Below are positions 1 to 12,642 of a DNA stretch of 64,000 bases, one piece after another. The DNA is from Curvularia clavata (taxonomy: Eukaryota). A program made the translations under genes and the position numbers. Numbering within the stretch: position 1 is the first letter of the stretch; every line of letters begins with the position of its first letter. The notes beneath the pieces were generated by a model. The model did no database searches. It saw only the letters and a program-made list of their open reading frames with translations, and had not been told where the DNA came from. The stretch covers positions 1,860,001 through 1,924,000 of the forward strand of contig CP089279.1 of the NCBI GenBank assembly GCA_023920165.1, read 5' to 3'.

Positions 1-2590
1 AATTTGGGAAGGCTTCGCCACGCCCCGGAGCCTGCATACAATACACTTAAGCCGCTGGTAATTGGCTAACCTTTTGCCTTCTTTTGCCGCTTCGATCTAC
101 TGGGCAAGACATGTCCAGGTGCGCGAGACCACTGCTGTCAACGGCTACCAGAAGCCGGTCTTACGGAGTGCAACACCAACCAAGGAGCAATCGAAAAATA
201 TAGTGATTTATCAAGTTCGAGCAGCGTCTAAAGGTCACAGAAGATCTCTAAGTGGTGCTAACGTGCATGGGAACAAAGAGTGGTGTGCTGTCGGTGCAGC
301 AACCCTGCCTAGCTGGCGTACGCAGGACCCGTGGTCAGAAGTTCCCACTTTCCTACCTCCCGAATTCATGGAACCAATCGAGAAAAAGGATACTAATTTT
401 TCTTAAAGGTAGACCAAAGTCTCTAAACTGTAAGAAATGGCTACGCGAAACTCGTACGAAGCCCAGAGAGCTGTCAAGTATTCCAGTGGTACTCGAAGAC
501 CATGCTGCACAATCGCCAAGATTTCAAGGATGCACCATGGTGTAGTGTCTTTATCGAACAATGTAAATCAGACTGTGACATCACTTATGCCAAGTTCGGG
601 GCAATCAAGTTTTGACATACCTTGACACCACTTTGTGCTTCGTCAACCCTTGACCCAACCCTCGAATCCACTCATCTAACCAGGATAGGCTTTGTATTCG
701 CAGCAAGCGCAGATGCCCAAGAAAGATCATATGACGCTCAAGATTTAGCTAGGTGCTCCGGGACAGGAATCTTCGTTGGTTGTCCATGTTGTGGCCCTTT
801 CTGCGACCGCAACGAGCCTTTTACACGCAAAAGCCACCTTGTTCACACCAGGAGGCATGCAGCTGGATCCAGCGAATGGTAAAGAATTTTCTTGTGATGC
901 CTGACCTAGACTCTCCGTCTGGCCGCGTCGTTCTAATCTGACCCCATGTTCATCACAACCCCATGAATTCTTCTTGGGTAAACGAATAATGATAAGATGA
1001 GGAGATAATCTAGTTATTTGGCTTCGAAGCGAAGGGCTCAAGCTGCTTTTTCCATAGAGAGCAGATCAAAATTCAGATAACAACAGCAGTTTTAAGGTTG
1101 CAAGCTTAGAAGCAGCCAGCTTTATGGGCTCATCCTCTCGTGTATGAAGTTTATCGGGAGCATGTGATCAGAATTGAATGCATGCAGGTGCAAGACATCT
1201 GTCACTCGCTCCCAACAATCGGGCATGCATATGCAGGTCAATCAACCATTTGGGCACAATCCCGTTGCAACCAACATGATGAATTCGCCCTATCAGCACC
1301 AACTCAGATACCATTATCGCTTGAAAAGAGACACCACATCAGCCATACCCCCTGATCTTCTAGCCCCAGTCCTCGTGGGGCAGAGCATGACCAAGCTTAT
1401 GGGGGTTATGCAGCTACTCAGGGATCTTGGCCTCAAGAATCCCACCATGTCATGAGCATGCGGGAGCCATAGCACGGAAAACACAGGCGCCTAATCATCG
1501 GTCTTCTTGACGCAGCCTTGAAATGACTTGGAAACCCTCTGACCATAGGCGTGTGAGCACATGGTTCCGCATTCAAGCCCCAACTACATCAGCACTACTC
1601 GTACTGACCGACGACGGACAAATTAATGGAAAGATGAGATATTTGTGTGTCTCACTTGCAAAGGACCCAAGGCATGCCGAATCGAGCTTACATGCAAGGC
1701 GCAACTTGATTGCCGTCATGCTTCTCTAAGCGCCCATCTCTTGCGGCACAGCAAACACTGGTCGTGACCCTAGTCTATTACCACCATTTACACCCCCAAA
1801 TCGCGTCCTGACATCTAAACCATTAGGGGGGCTGTGGCTTAGGAGCTAAAAACACTACCGTGCCGCAACAAGCGCCGGCGCGTAGCCAGGTAGTGAAGCG
1901 AAACGACCGACGCTGCCTTAGGACAACGGCTTTTCCTGGGAAAAGGGCCAAAACTAAGTCAGTTTATGATGTGTCGTTCGCGAGCTTTATACTAGTTGAG
2001 CATAGTGTTGGGCTGCTTTTCGCCTTCAAGGTTCACACTGAGTTGAGCAAGGCAGACGAGTGCACAGGTTCGTCGGGCGGGATCTAAGCACTATTCCTGA
2101 TGCCTCATCTAGACCTTTGAAATATCGCCTATGATAAGACTGCTTTTACATTATTGATGCGGTCTCCAAATATGGGAAGGCTCATTAGGACGACCGTCTT
2201 GGGGCACCGCCTTCCAACTTACGTAACTGCCAGTGGGACCAATGCTCCACACTTGGCACTTTATGGTAGTTTTACTAAGAGTTTCGTATTCTCCTTTTTC
2301 ATTTCGGCGGATTCTGAATCAGACTGAAGAGTTTGTGTCGGGTGGAAGGTCGTGGCGAGAGTCAATACCCGGCACAACAGCGGCAGGTCGCTTAAGATCT
2401 CATACTATCAAAATTAAACTGGCTGTTTGGCATACTATGTATTACACTGTGAGACGTGGAGAATTCGTTATCCGATACGACAATAGGTCGAGTACGCCTC
2501 TTCCCCTGATTAAATTGTGAGCTACCAAGGTCAGGAGCTTGATCGCTTAGTTTCGCATCCTTCCTCATAGCCTCATAAACCTCTGTATGT

Positions 2591-5500
2591 TTATCCAGTT
2601 TCTTGAGTACGTTAGTAATGGGACACGTTGCAGGAAATAAACATGGAGAATCTTACCAGTCTCAACACCAGGCTGCCTCCCATCCAGCCCCCCAGTAACT
2701 TTCTTCTTGAGTTTAGACAGTCCAATTTTAGCTTCATCCTTTGCGAACTTGGCGTTACGTGCCGGCTTCCATTGCATCAATCCCCGGTGCTTGCGCTCTT
2801 CTGCCCGCTTGTTCTGTCTGTTGTGGTCTTTGCTCGATGTCGAATCGTCTGTCTCTGCGGTGCTGCTTGTCCTGGCTGTTGATTGCGACTGTCGAGGCAG
2901 ATGGTCCTCTGTTGGGGAAAGGTCTGTTTTGGTTGACCGGAGTTTCCCATTCGATTTGCTCTGCTCACCGCCACCAGGGCCACCACTGAATTTTGTTGCA
3001 TTGCCTACGGTATCAGCATCTTCTATGCCAAGGTCGGATGAAGACGGATCTTCGCCATAGTCATCGTCGGAGTCATCGTTATCTTCGTTGTCTGATGGGT
3101 GATGACGATCATGCAGTGGCTCCTCGACGCCAGGTTCGCGCCTCTTCTGCCGCCTAGTGTTCATGTATGCTTTGGGGTTATCACCAAAGGCACCTGACCA
3201 GTCCTGTCCATCCTTCGCGAGCCACTTGCGTTTCTCTTCCTCACTTGCATTTTTAAGAATATCACGACCTGATGTTAGTGACTGCTCGTGTAGTTCCCTT
3301 ACACGATCTGGTAACTCCTTTTCGACTATGTGGTTTCGCACGCCCTCAGTAACACATGCCTCCCAGGTCTCAAAGGTCTCACGTGAGTCATTGTCAGTTA
3401 CAAAGGCAGCATGAGACCTGTCCATTCCAGCCTTGAATCGAGCACGGAATTGCAGACGCCCGACCTCTTGGAGATCGTCAAGACCTGGCTCCTTGTGGCA
3501 GTTTTCTTCAGTGATATAGTTTTGCGTGAGTCGTGCTGGGGCTGCGGTCTTCCAGATAGGGATGTTGATGTCAGTATCCTCGTTGTCGATGAAGTGTTGA
3601 AGCCAGACTACAGCATAGGCGTCTGGCTTCCGATGGTTCGCGATATGAAACTCAAAGACAACTGGTGACCTATAGCGATGTTTCACAGGCAACCGAACAT
3701 TGTTTTTGCCACTGTCTTCTTGCAGGTCCCAATAGTATCCATCACCCTCATCGAGTTTATGAGCCGCAGTGCGGCTTATTTTACCAGAACTTCCGCCGGT
3801 TCGCATGCGAAGTTTGGGATGTTGGTTGTAGCCTACAGCCAGAATGCGTTGAGATCGGAACTCAAATGTGCCAACATCCCAACCCAGCATCTGAGGCGGT
3901 AAACGGGTTTCGATACTGCGGAAAAGGAGTGCGATGCGTATGCGACCAAATCCAATGCCGCCATCTAGGGGATACCATCGTGTGACTTGTGAAGAGGTCT
4001 CCAAAATGTCTAGAGAAGTAAAACTTAGCAAGATTATTCAAGCAATTTTCATACCGAAATAGGTCATACCTGATAGCTTCAACGGAACGACACCAAGGAT
4101 AGGGTCGTGTTCTCTGTGTCGCTGATCTCGCACGGTAACAGTGATGATAGCCGATCGCCAGTCACGGATGAAACGTTCTGTCCCAGCGTTGAATATTGGT
4201 TGTGAAGTCACCGCTTTTGTACGTGTACGGTATACCAGTTCATCGTTGAAAAGAATTGTGCAGTAGCTGTTGGGAAGATCTCCGCCAGTCTCTTTCTTGC
4301 CTTCACCATAAGGCTTTGCAGGCTCATATTCACGGCCTTTGGGATCAGCGCTCCCTTTCACATTCTCGAGTTCAAGGTTCACGATTTGTTGTACTACAAC
4401 ACTGCAGATTCCACTGGGCCACAGTGGATCTGGGGGTGTGTGCATCACGGCATCGTCCGTCTCGGAGTTTATGACGCCTTTGTCGTCCTGGAGGGCGGGT
4501 TCGTCCCTGAGTTCCTCAGGAAGAGCCTTGTTCTTACCGTCTGTTCGCATTTCTTTTCTGAATTTCGGTTTGCTAAAATAGCCAACCTCCCAGTGAAGCT
4601 CACCAGGCATATCACTGTCGGGCTCCATGCCAGCTAGCTTGGAGACTTGGGGATACATTTTGCCGGGATGCTGAATCATCTTCTGCAGCGACAACTCTAT
4701 TTTCCCCACGATATCATCAGCTGTGTGCCGATCGGAATCCCACAGCTCGACACTCAGATTTTCGTTTGCCTTGATTAACTCGGGCCCAACGAGAACCGCC
4801 GCCGTTTCTTCCCAGATAGGATTAAGATCATCGGTAATCACGCGAGTGCAGTACATTGGTTTTCCGTATTTCGAGAACGCAATTGTAATGTAAGGGTCGC
4901 TGCCACCGTGTTTTGATCCGCGTCGGTCTTGTTTGCTGAGACCGACGGCTCGATGGATGCGGATCCATAGAACACCAAGGGCTTCGGTGTCCTTTTGAAC
5001 CGAGTCGCCTTGAAGAATTGCGCGCATATCGATGGACATGGATTTTGGTGCGACATACACTGAAGAGGTCAATGTGATCCAAACACAACCGCGGATAGGA
5101 AATTGTACGTACTACTTGCTGCTGCCTTGATGGCATAGTTGACAAAGTTGCTGATTAGGGGAAGGTTTAGTATATTTACGCCTTTCTCTATCATAGGTAT
5201 GCAACCAGCAGTCACCTGAGGCGTACCCATCAATGTGAACGTCAGGGTTTTGAGGAAGGGAGGCTCAGGAGTCATGTTCATGCGCAAGCGCACGGTGCCA
5301 ACAAGGCCTTGCAACTCGACAAATATGGGAAGAGGGACGCCAAAGAGGCCTTTAATACCCAAGTAGAAGACCAGTTGCATGTGCATGTTGCGGGCTCGCT
5401 CGGAAACTCGTTGTCCACTGGGACTGGCGTGATACGCGAAGGAAACTTCCAGGTTGTAGTAATCACCACCCTCTTCGTCAGCTGCTGCCTCTTGGGGATC

Positions 5501-6602
5501 TTTCGTCCTTTTGTTTTCTTCGTGAATCGATGCTTTCATGTCTCCCATTTGCGAGTCCGGAAGTGCTCGCAAGCTCAGAATACGTAGCGGATTGCTTCCC
5601 TGGTTGATTTCGGCAACGCGAACGTTTTCAATTACTCCAGGCACGGAGGCTTGCATGACGTCCTCAAGCATATCGGCGACGCCTGCAAACATGTCCGGAT
5701 TGATGAGACCCCAGACGATGCTGAGAAGCGTGTTCATCCATTCGACTGACTCTGGAAGCAAGTTCAGCGAAGCCTGGGAAACGAGTGATTAGTACGTAGT
5801 CAACAAGAAAATAGCGCTCCGAGAGGCATTTACCATTTGGCCGCGGACTTTCTCGCTGTGCCACTCAGTTTCCCTTCCACTACGAATGAGTTCCTTAGTC
5901 CAAAGATAGACAGCCGATGCTAAACACATGGCCAACGGAACGAGACCCTTGAGTGCGCCACCGAATATTTTACCGACAACGACTGTTCCTATAAGTATAC
6001 CAGCGCACAGTACATTGGCACGTGCTTCCAGGGCTTTGAACATAGGCTCATAGCTGACTGAGGGGGTAGGGTGGAAGAGCACGTTCGTCTTCTCGCCATG
6101 GATGGGAACGTCGGTCGTGGTGCCTTGGGCAACTGGATCTGGCGGTGCAGTAACATCTTGACTATGCTTGTAGTCTTGGAGCGATTGTGAGGGATCCGTC
6201 TTGATGGGCTAATTGGGATCAGCAAAAAGGTCCAAGGGTGATGTCGGGTTATCCTACTGTTTGCTTGTTGAGGTTCGCGTTGGGGACCACGATATGCGGA
6301 TTCTCCACCTCGTTGATCATGTCTTTGTTGACATCAGCGATGACAACTTCCCTTCCTGTGGTTGGATCCGTCACTTTTTTCTCGGTTCCCTTGAGTTGTG
6401 TCTCTGGTAGTTTGTCATTGGGTTTTGGCTGCCCTTGCTTCTGTCCCGTCGCTGCGGCTGCCGCGGCCTCGTCGATTTGCTTGTCGCGAGCCCTCTTGTC
6501 TTTGTCCAGGTTTTCGACGAACTGTTTGACAGTGGGGATGGGGTTATGTCCTGAATAGTGCCCGCCCGGGGCATGCTGCTGCTGTTGCTGCTGTGACTCC
6601 AT
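2591..6602 (-). CDS. SMP + C2 domain lipid-transfer protein (Mug190/tricalbin-like), multi-exon
   Basis: ORFs 6249-6731, 5989-6225, 5789-6082, 5069-5761, 4038-5072 and 2565-4031 are separated by short canonical introns. Start MESQQQQQQ at 6602. TM hairpin, then SMP-like PESVEWMNTLLSIVWGLINPDMF and C2 domains (GVLWIRIHRAVGL..SDPY..LNPIWEE). A final intron gives ...ETETG* with the stop at 2591-2593. Confidence 0.85.
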
Positions 6603-7175
6603 TGTGCAATGGCGTCTCTGTGCGTGGCAGCCCAAGTCTACTGTGAGGACGTACAGGAAGACGGTAGGGGTCAATGGACATATATGAAGCAGACCTAGCG
6701 GCGATCTCCCTCGCCGAGGAAGCGAAAGCAAGGAATAGGGACATCAAAGACGACGCGTAGGCGCGGGGCAGAAGGTTGCCAGCCGCAATTAATGACGTAG
6801 GTATGCACAATTGGTCCTGAAAAAGGTGTAGCCCAGTTACCCAAAAGCGCACAAGGTGCACTCTGCAGCCTTTGCTCCCTCTTGTGGCTCGACCTGAAGC
6901 GGCTGGCATCTCCACTGTTTCTGTATTGCATACCTTGTGCATCTTGTAGGACGCTGCCGTCGGGATATCATCAGACAATCTTGTTACCATGGGCCGATGA
7001 CGTAGACGCGCATCGCGTTACTGGACCAATCAGTGCTCAGCGGGGCCGGCCCCTCCCCCGGCTTGGGACAACTCAATATCGTTCCGCTGTTGCTGTAGCA
7101 TAAGAACTGGGCGCTATAATTTTCTTTGTTGGTTTACGTATATGTAATTGTGGTACATCCGGCAAGTGTTTCGAC

Positions 7176-8475
7176 ATGTCAGGCTGGTTTACGCTCTTCA
7201 CCAACTGTCGCTATATCCTTGATGGCGACCTTGTCGAAGACCACCTAGTTATTTCTGATGAGACCGGACTCATCCTGAAAAGAGATGGCTACATTGGTGG
7301 CGAGGCAGTTGACTTGGATGACGCGATAATAGCGCCAGGCTTTCTAGAGCTCCATACCAACGGGGCCAATGGCTTCCACTTCACACATTTTGAAGACACG
7401 ACGAGCTATGCAAACAACATCAATGACATTGCAAGATACTACGCAGCTCAGGGGGTCACGGGGTTCTGGGCAACTCTACCTACTATCAAGGAAGATGAGT
7501 TCCAAAAGGCACATTCCCCATCTGCGTCTGAACGCCATGCCAGTAGACCAACTAACGTCTTGGCAGATCCTCCCTTTGCTCACCCCGCGGGATATACCCA
7601 GTGCAGCCTCGCTCTTGGGTGCCCATACAGAAGGGCCTTATCTCCACCCTTCGAAGAGAGGGGCACACAACAGCGCTCTTTTCCATCCCTGTTCCACCTC
7701 TGCAGCCAGCATCTATGGATCTTCGAACCTCCAGTCCGCTGTCAAACTTGTTACTGTTGCTCCAGAACTACCTGACTCTGCAGCCTTGATCAAATCATTA
7801 ACGTTGCAAGGTATTAGAGTCGCCATGGGCCACTCGACTGCAAGGTACGAAGACGGCCTGGCTGGACTCCGTGCTGGGGCTAGTGGATTGACTCACACCC
7901 TCAACGCAATGCCGAGCTGGACATCTAGAGCACCAGGTTTAGCTGGATTAATCTCTCTGCCAGAAAGAGGCAAGGTTGCACCCCCTTGGTACACGATCAT
8001 TGCAGACGGAGAGCACCTCCATCCAAACACAGTATCCCTGCTTTACCGTTCGAGCCCCAAGCGCTCAATTGTCATCACTGACAGCATTGAGCTTGCTTCT
8101 CTAAAGGATGGAACCTACCCTGGACACTCACAGATCTCCTTTGAACAAGTCAAGAATGGTACACGCGCTACAATAGCGGGCACTGATACCTTGATTGGTG
8201 GCTGCATTCCACTCCAGCAGAGTATGAGAAACTTAATGGATTGGTCTGGATGTGGCATTGCCGAAGCAGTGGGCACAGTCACTGAGAATGTGGCGGCTTT
8301 CATGGGTATAGACAGCCAAGGTGGGAGGGGTGTATTGAAAGAGGGCAGGAGAGCCGATCTGACCGTGTTGAGTGAGCAAGGTGAGGTCCTTCAGACGTGG
8401 GTGGCCGGGCACAAAGTGTGGGATAAAGAAGAAGACCTCAGGGCCCGCGAAGAGGATGGCGAGGCGAGGGGATGA
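7176..8475 (+). CDS. nagA: N-acetylglucosamine-6-phosphate deacetylase (amidohydrolase superfamily), 2 exons
   Basis: Motifs PGFLELHTNG, HTEGPYL, VTVAPE, MGHS, THTLNAM, IADGEH, ITDS, G.LKEGRRADL. Exons 7176-7508 and 7567-8475 join in frame through a GC-AG intron. Confidence 0.9.
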
Positions 8476-8957
8476 TCCTCCTATTGAACACCGCATGCTG
8501 GGCTAACGCGTGTCGGGGTGTAGCAAACTGGAGTCAATGGGTTTCTAGAAGCCATATCGATCGTAGTCAGGGCATGATGACAATACATTGGCTATTCCGG
8601 CCGTGATATTGTAAAGTGTGCGCGAGCAGCAAGTGCATTTTACGCTCCTCTATGTTAAGGCCTCAGCAGAGGTCTATAAATGTATCGCCACATTCGAGCC
8701 GCTAATTCAGGTAAAATCCTAAGCAGTAGATACCGGACGACTATGTTGATCTTACGCGCACATTTCCAAGTCAGTGAAGACCTGGTTGCCTATCGGACAA
8801 GCCATACCCAAAGCCGAGATGTCCTTGGCGTGCGCGTTAATGAAGAAAAGCCAGTCGACGGCCGTCGACAGATTTTGTCCAGTATGTCGCTTAGTCATCC
8901 GCGCTAATAGGCGCTAACAAGTCTTTCCGAGGCTGCAACTTTTCCTGCAGCTTCAAC

Positions 8958-10756
8958 ATGGAAACTCTCGACAACACCGAATGGGACGTGCTTATCGTAG
9001 GGACTGGCCTGCAGCAGTCTCTTCTCGCTCTGTACGTGCCTTGTCCCTCGGTGACAGGGAGTACGGTCTGACTGACGCAGCACGTGAAGAGCTCTGTCGC
9101 GCTCGGATAAGAAGATCCTCCATGTCGACGAGGATGACTTCTATGGTGGCGCCGAAGCTGCCTTCAGCTTACAGGAAGCTGAAGACTGGGCGCAGCGTAT
9201 GAATCAAGGTACGATCAACGGCCATCGCCTGCACGAACCGGCTAACTCGTCCTAGAATCAGCAGATGCTGCCTTCTCCGACATCACCATCACTAGGCCTG
9301 AAGCTAGCCCCGACAGCTCCGGTCCAAGATTATCTGTTTCCAGATCATATAGCTTGTCGCTGAGTCCCCAGCTCGTGTATGCTCGCTCTTCCCTTCTTGG
9401 GTACCTTGTCTCGTCCAGGGTGTACCGTCAGCTTGAATTTCTCGCCGTCGGCAGTTGGTGGGTGTACACGCAGAACGAAAGTTCCACAGCTGCGACCCCG
9501 CCTTCACATGGAAGACTGTTGAAGGTGCCGAATGGCAGAGAAGATGTCTTCATGGACCAGCAACTAGATTTCAAGGCAAAGCGTGCCTTGATGAAATTCT
9601 TGCGCTTCATCGGAGAGTATGAAGATCAAACGGACATTTGGGAAGACCGCAGACAACAATCATTTGCAACATTCCTTACAGAGCAATTCAAAGTTCCGCC
9701 AAGTTTACAAGCACCCTTGATGGCTCTCGCGCTGTCAAGTGCCCACCCGTCCCAGACAACGACCGAATATGCGCTGCCCCGGATTGCGAGGCATCTTCGA
9801 TCGATCGGTGTATTCGGCCCTGGATTTGGGGCTGTTATACCAAAATGGGGTGGCTTGTCGGAAATCAGTCAGGTATGCTGTCGAGCTTGCGCTGTTGGGG
9901 GTGGAGTCTACGTGCTTGGAAAAGGCGTTGCTCCAGCCACCGAAAGCACTCCGGACACGACAGACAAGGGCACGAAACTTCACCTGAAAGACGGCGAAGA
10001 AGTTTTTGCGAAGTGGATTGTGGGAGGAAGCTCCTCGACCGTTCCCGAGACTGCACATTGCAAGTCAATAACCATTGTAGCATCGTCTTTGCTACACTTG
10101 TTTCCTCCTATCGCAGATGAGGCACCACCACCAGCGTCGGCTGTTGTTATCTTTCCATCCGGCTCTCTGGCAATGAATTCCGGAGTTGACGAGGCTCCCC
10201 CAGTCCATGTTTTTGTGCATTCAAGCGACACGGGGGAATGCCCTCCTGGCCAGTGTAAGTCATCCCGTCTCTTCTTTCTCCGCTGTTATGATGAACATTT
10301 CAAAATCTTATCTACATTGTCTGAACACTATTGAAGACAATTCCTCTGACAACCTGATACAACGGCATTTATTTACCCTGTCATTAAGAACAATTTCTTT
10401 ATATGCATATCGCTAACGGTCATGAAGGTGTGCTTTATGCTTCCACATCTCTTGGTGGTCCCCAAGGACTTGCTTTACTCAGTCAGGCTGTTGACTCACT
10501 TCTTTCTGCTGTTGATGTCTCACCTGTACCACAAGTGCTTTGGTCAGCCAAGTATCAACAGCAACCGACTTCTGGACGTGACGCTCTTCCTTCTGGGTCA
10601 GAGAACATCCTCCGCTTTCCACCGCCATCCATGGACCTCGCTTTCGATGACAGGTTGCTCGACAACGTTAGGAACGTTTGGGAAAAGGTGACAGGCGAGG
10701 CTGAGGGCGAGTTTCTGGTTTTCCAGGATAGAGAGACGTATGCAGATGATGAATGA
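8958..10756 (+). CDS. MRS6: Rab escort protein / Rab geranylgeranyltransferase component A (GDI family)
   Basis: Start METLDNTEWDVLIVGTGLQQSLLAL, then KILHVDEDDFYGG, VPNGREDVF, GVFGPGFG, ISQVCCRACAVGGGVYVLG. Introns near 9032-9090, 9209-9255 and 10255-10427. Confidence 0.9.
10283..10353 (+). ncRNA. Intronic box C/D snoRNA, snR62/U34 (SNORD34)-like
   Basis: Inside the 173-nt last MRS6 intron: box C ATGATGA 10288-10294; guide CTTATCTACATTGT 10307-10320, complementary to LSU rRNA ACAAUGUAGAUAAG (recalled); D' CTGA 10321-10324; C'-like TTGAAGA 10331-10337; D CTGA 10346-10349; short GTT/AAC terminal stem. Confidence 0.8.
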
Positions 10757-11050
10757 TGGACAATGAAATGCACGAGGAAATGATTAGATGAAGCAATTAT
10801 TTTGCCATTGTATCTATCATTCAACAGTTATGACATTATGTCAATCAACTCGATATGAATGGGCTATGTTTACAAAAATTGTGGTACAACTAGTTTTGTA
10901 GTGGATGAGAGGTGAGGAAAAGCGCAAACGTAGTACGTGACCGTAAAGGAAGCAATGGCTTCTTTGTTGGAAAGCCAGATGGGATGCAAGACGTCTATAT
11001 ACAACGCGTTTCATTTCTTGAATTATTCTATAAGCTGATTGATGGATTTC

Positions 11051-12478
11051 TCATTCCTGGATATATTTTTTGAGAGTTCTCAGACGATCCATGGCGCTCT
11101 CGAGCACATCGTCGTTTTTACATACGGCAAACCGCAGCCAGTCCTCTACGATATGGGCGTTGGCGGGTGTAAAGAACTCGGTGGGGGGAATGGCAGCCAC
11201 GCCAACCTCCTTGATCAGAAACCAGCTGAGCTTGAAATCCCTCGGACGCTCTGCAACGTGGGGAGGGAATTCATAGTCATCTGGTAATCTGACCTTTGAC
11301 ATGTTTACCAGCACAAAGTAGCCACCTTCAGGATCTGAGTAGGGCAACTTGAGCTCGTCAAAGACGGCAGTGAACTTGTCCATCTTGGCCTTCATCTCCT
11401 TCTTGGACTCTTCCCAGAAGTTGTTGGCGTCGGCCTGCTCGAAGCCAACGGCTGTGGCTTCTTGAAGGGGAGAGACACTGCTGTAACAGATGCGTGTATG
11501 GGCAGCGCTGACGTACTTGATCAGATGCTCGGGACCGATCAGCCACCCCACTCGCCAGCCAGTGGCGTAGAAGTTCTTGCCTCCGGAGCCGACGGTCAGT
11601 GTGAGCTTGGCGATTTCAGGAGACAGGGTAGCAATGCGGGTAAATGGTACATAGTACAAGCGGTCGTAGACCTCGTCGGAGAGGATGATGATGTTGTGCT
11701 TGACGCACAGGTCGCCAATGGCCTGCAGTTCTTGCTTTGAGAAGACCTTGCCAATTGGGTTGTGCGGAGAGTTAAGGACAATCATGCGAGTCCGTGGGGT
11801 TATGGCGGCCTCGAGTTCGTCCATGTTGATGGTCCACTCAGCTGCCGAGGTGGTCTTGGTTGCGCCGTCTTTGGGCGGGTGCATGGGGACGTAGACGACC
11901 TTGCCACCGGGCATTTCAATGTTGCTGATGTACTGGTCGAAAAAGGGCTCGAAGACAATGACCTCGTCGCCCTGCTCGAGGAAGCCCATGAAGGCGCTGA
12001 GCATGCCCTCATTGGCGCCGGTTGTGATTGTGACTTCGGTGTCAGGATCCAGCTGGCGGCCAAAGAATGGCGAGTAGGCGGTGGCAATGGCCTTCTTGAG
12101 TCGCGGGCGGCCCTTTGTGGGCGAGTACTGGTTGCAGTCGACCTGGTCGAGGGCGGCTTTGGCGGCATCGAGGACGAACTTTGGGGGATTGTAGCCGAAG
12201 AAGCCCTGGCCCATGTTGACAATAGGCTGAACGGGCGAAGCGGCGGCTGCCTCGTTGACTATGGACCAGACATCCTGCTTCTGGCCCGCGACTCTGCCGG
12301 CGGGCTTGAAGGGGTCGTCGCGCCGTGTGGTAGCTGACATGGCCCTGCGCGGGGGGGCTGAGAGCGAGATGGAGAGCGGGGCGGAGGGCGAGGCAGAGGC
12401 AGCGGCAGCGGGCAAGGCGGTGCCAGATGAATTGCGGATGCTGCTGAAGAGGCGACGACCCACGATGGTCGCTCGCAT
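11051..12478 (-). CDS. BNA3: Kynurenine aminotransferase (class I/II PLP aminotransferase)
   Basis: Intronless 475-aa ORF with NMGQGFFGY, TTGANEG, NSPHNPIGKVF, SDEVYD and GSGGKNFYATGWRVG (PLP lysine). Confidence 0.92.
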   Translation of the reverse strand: MRATIVGRRLFSSIRNSSGTALPAAAASASPSAPLSISLSAPPRRAMSATTRRDDPFKPAGRVAGQKQDVWSIVNEAAAASPVQPIVNMGQGFFGYNPPKFVLDAAKAALDQVDCNQYSPTKGRPRLKKAIATAYSPFFGRQLDPDTEVTITTGANEGMLSAFMGFLEQGDEVIVFEPFFDQYISNIEMPGGKVVYVPMHPPKDGATKTTSAAEWTINMDELEAAITPRTRMIVLNSPHNPIGKVFSKQELQAIGDLCVKHNIIILSDEVYDRLYYVPFTRIATLSPEIAKLTLTVGSGGKNFYATGWRVGWLIGPEHLIKYVSAAHTRICYSSVSPLQEATAVGFEQADANNFWEESKKEMKAKMDKFTAVFDELKLPYSDPEGGYFVLVNMSKVRLPDDYEFPPHVAERPRDFKLSWFLIKEVGVAAIPPTEFFTPANAHIVEDWLRFAVCKNDDVLESAMDRLRTLKKYIQE

Positions 12479-12642
12479 GGCAAAGTCGAGGCGAACTGGG
12501 GCTTGGCGGGGTGTGTAGTATTGCGTGCTCTGAAGCCATCGTCATCAAGCGGGGAGCGCCGGGAGGGCACGTCGGCCGATGTCGCTCGTCGCGTGCGCCC
12601 ACACAGCGTTCGCGTCTAACATGCACGCACGCGTCGACAACC

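Noticed and set aside
1..2520. Short ORFs, including 62-406 with a YWARHV motif reminiscent of the post-NACHT region of NLRs
   Set aside because: No consistent frame, splice structure or further motifs; cannot support a gene or pseudogene call.
12511..12642. N-terminal extension of MGS1, and similar extensions of YFH1, UTP5 and SDH8 in the ORF track
   Set aside because: These result from upstream starts chosen by the ORF caller; conserved domains or presequences begin at the downstream ATG.
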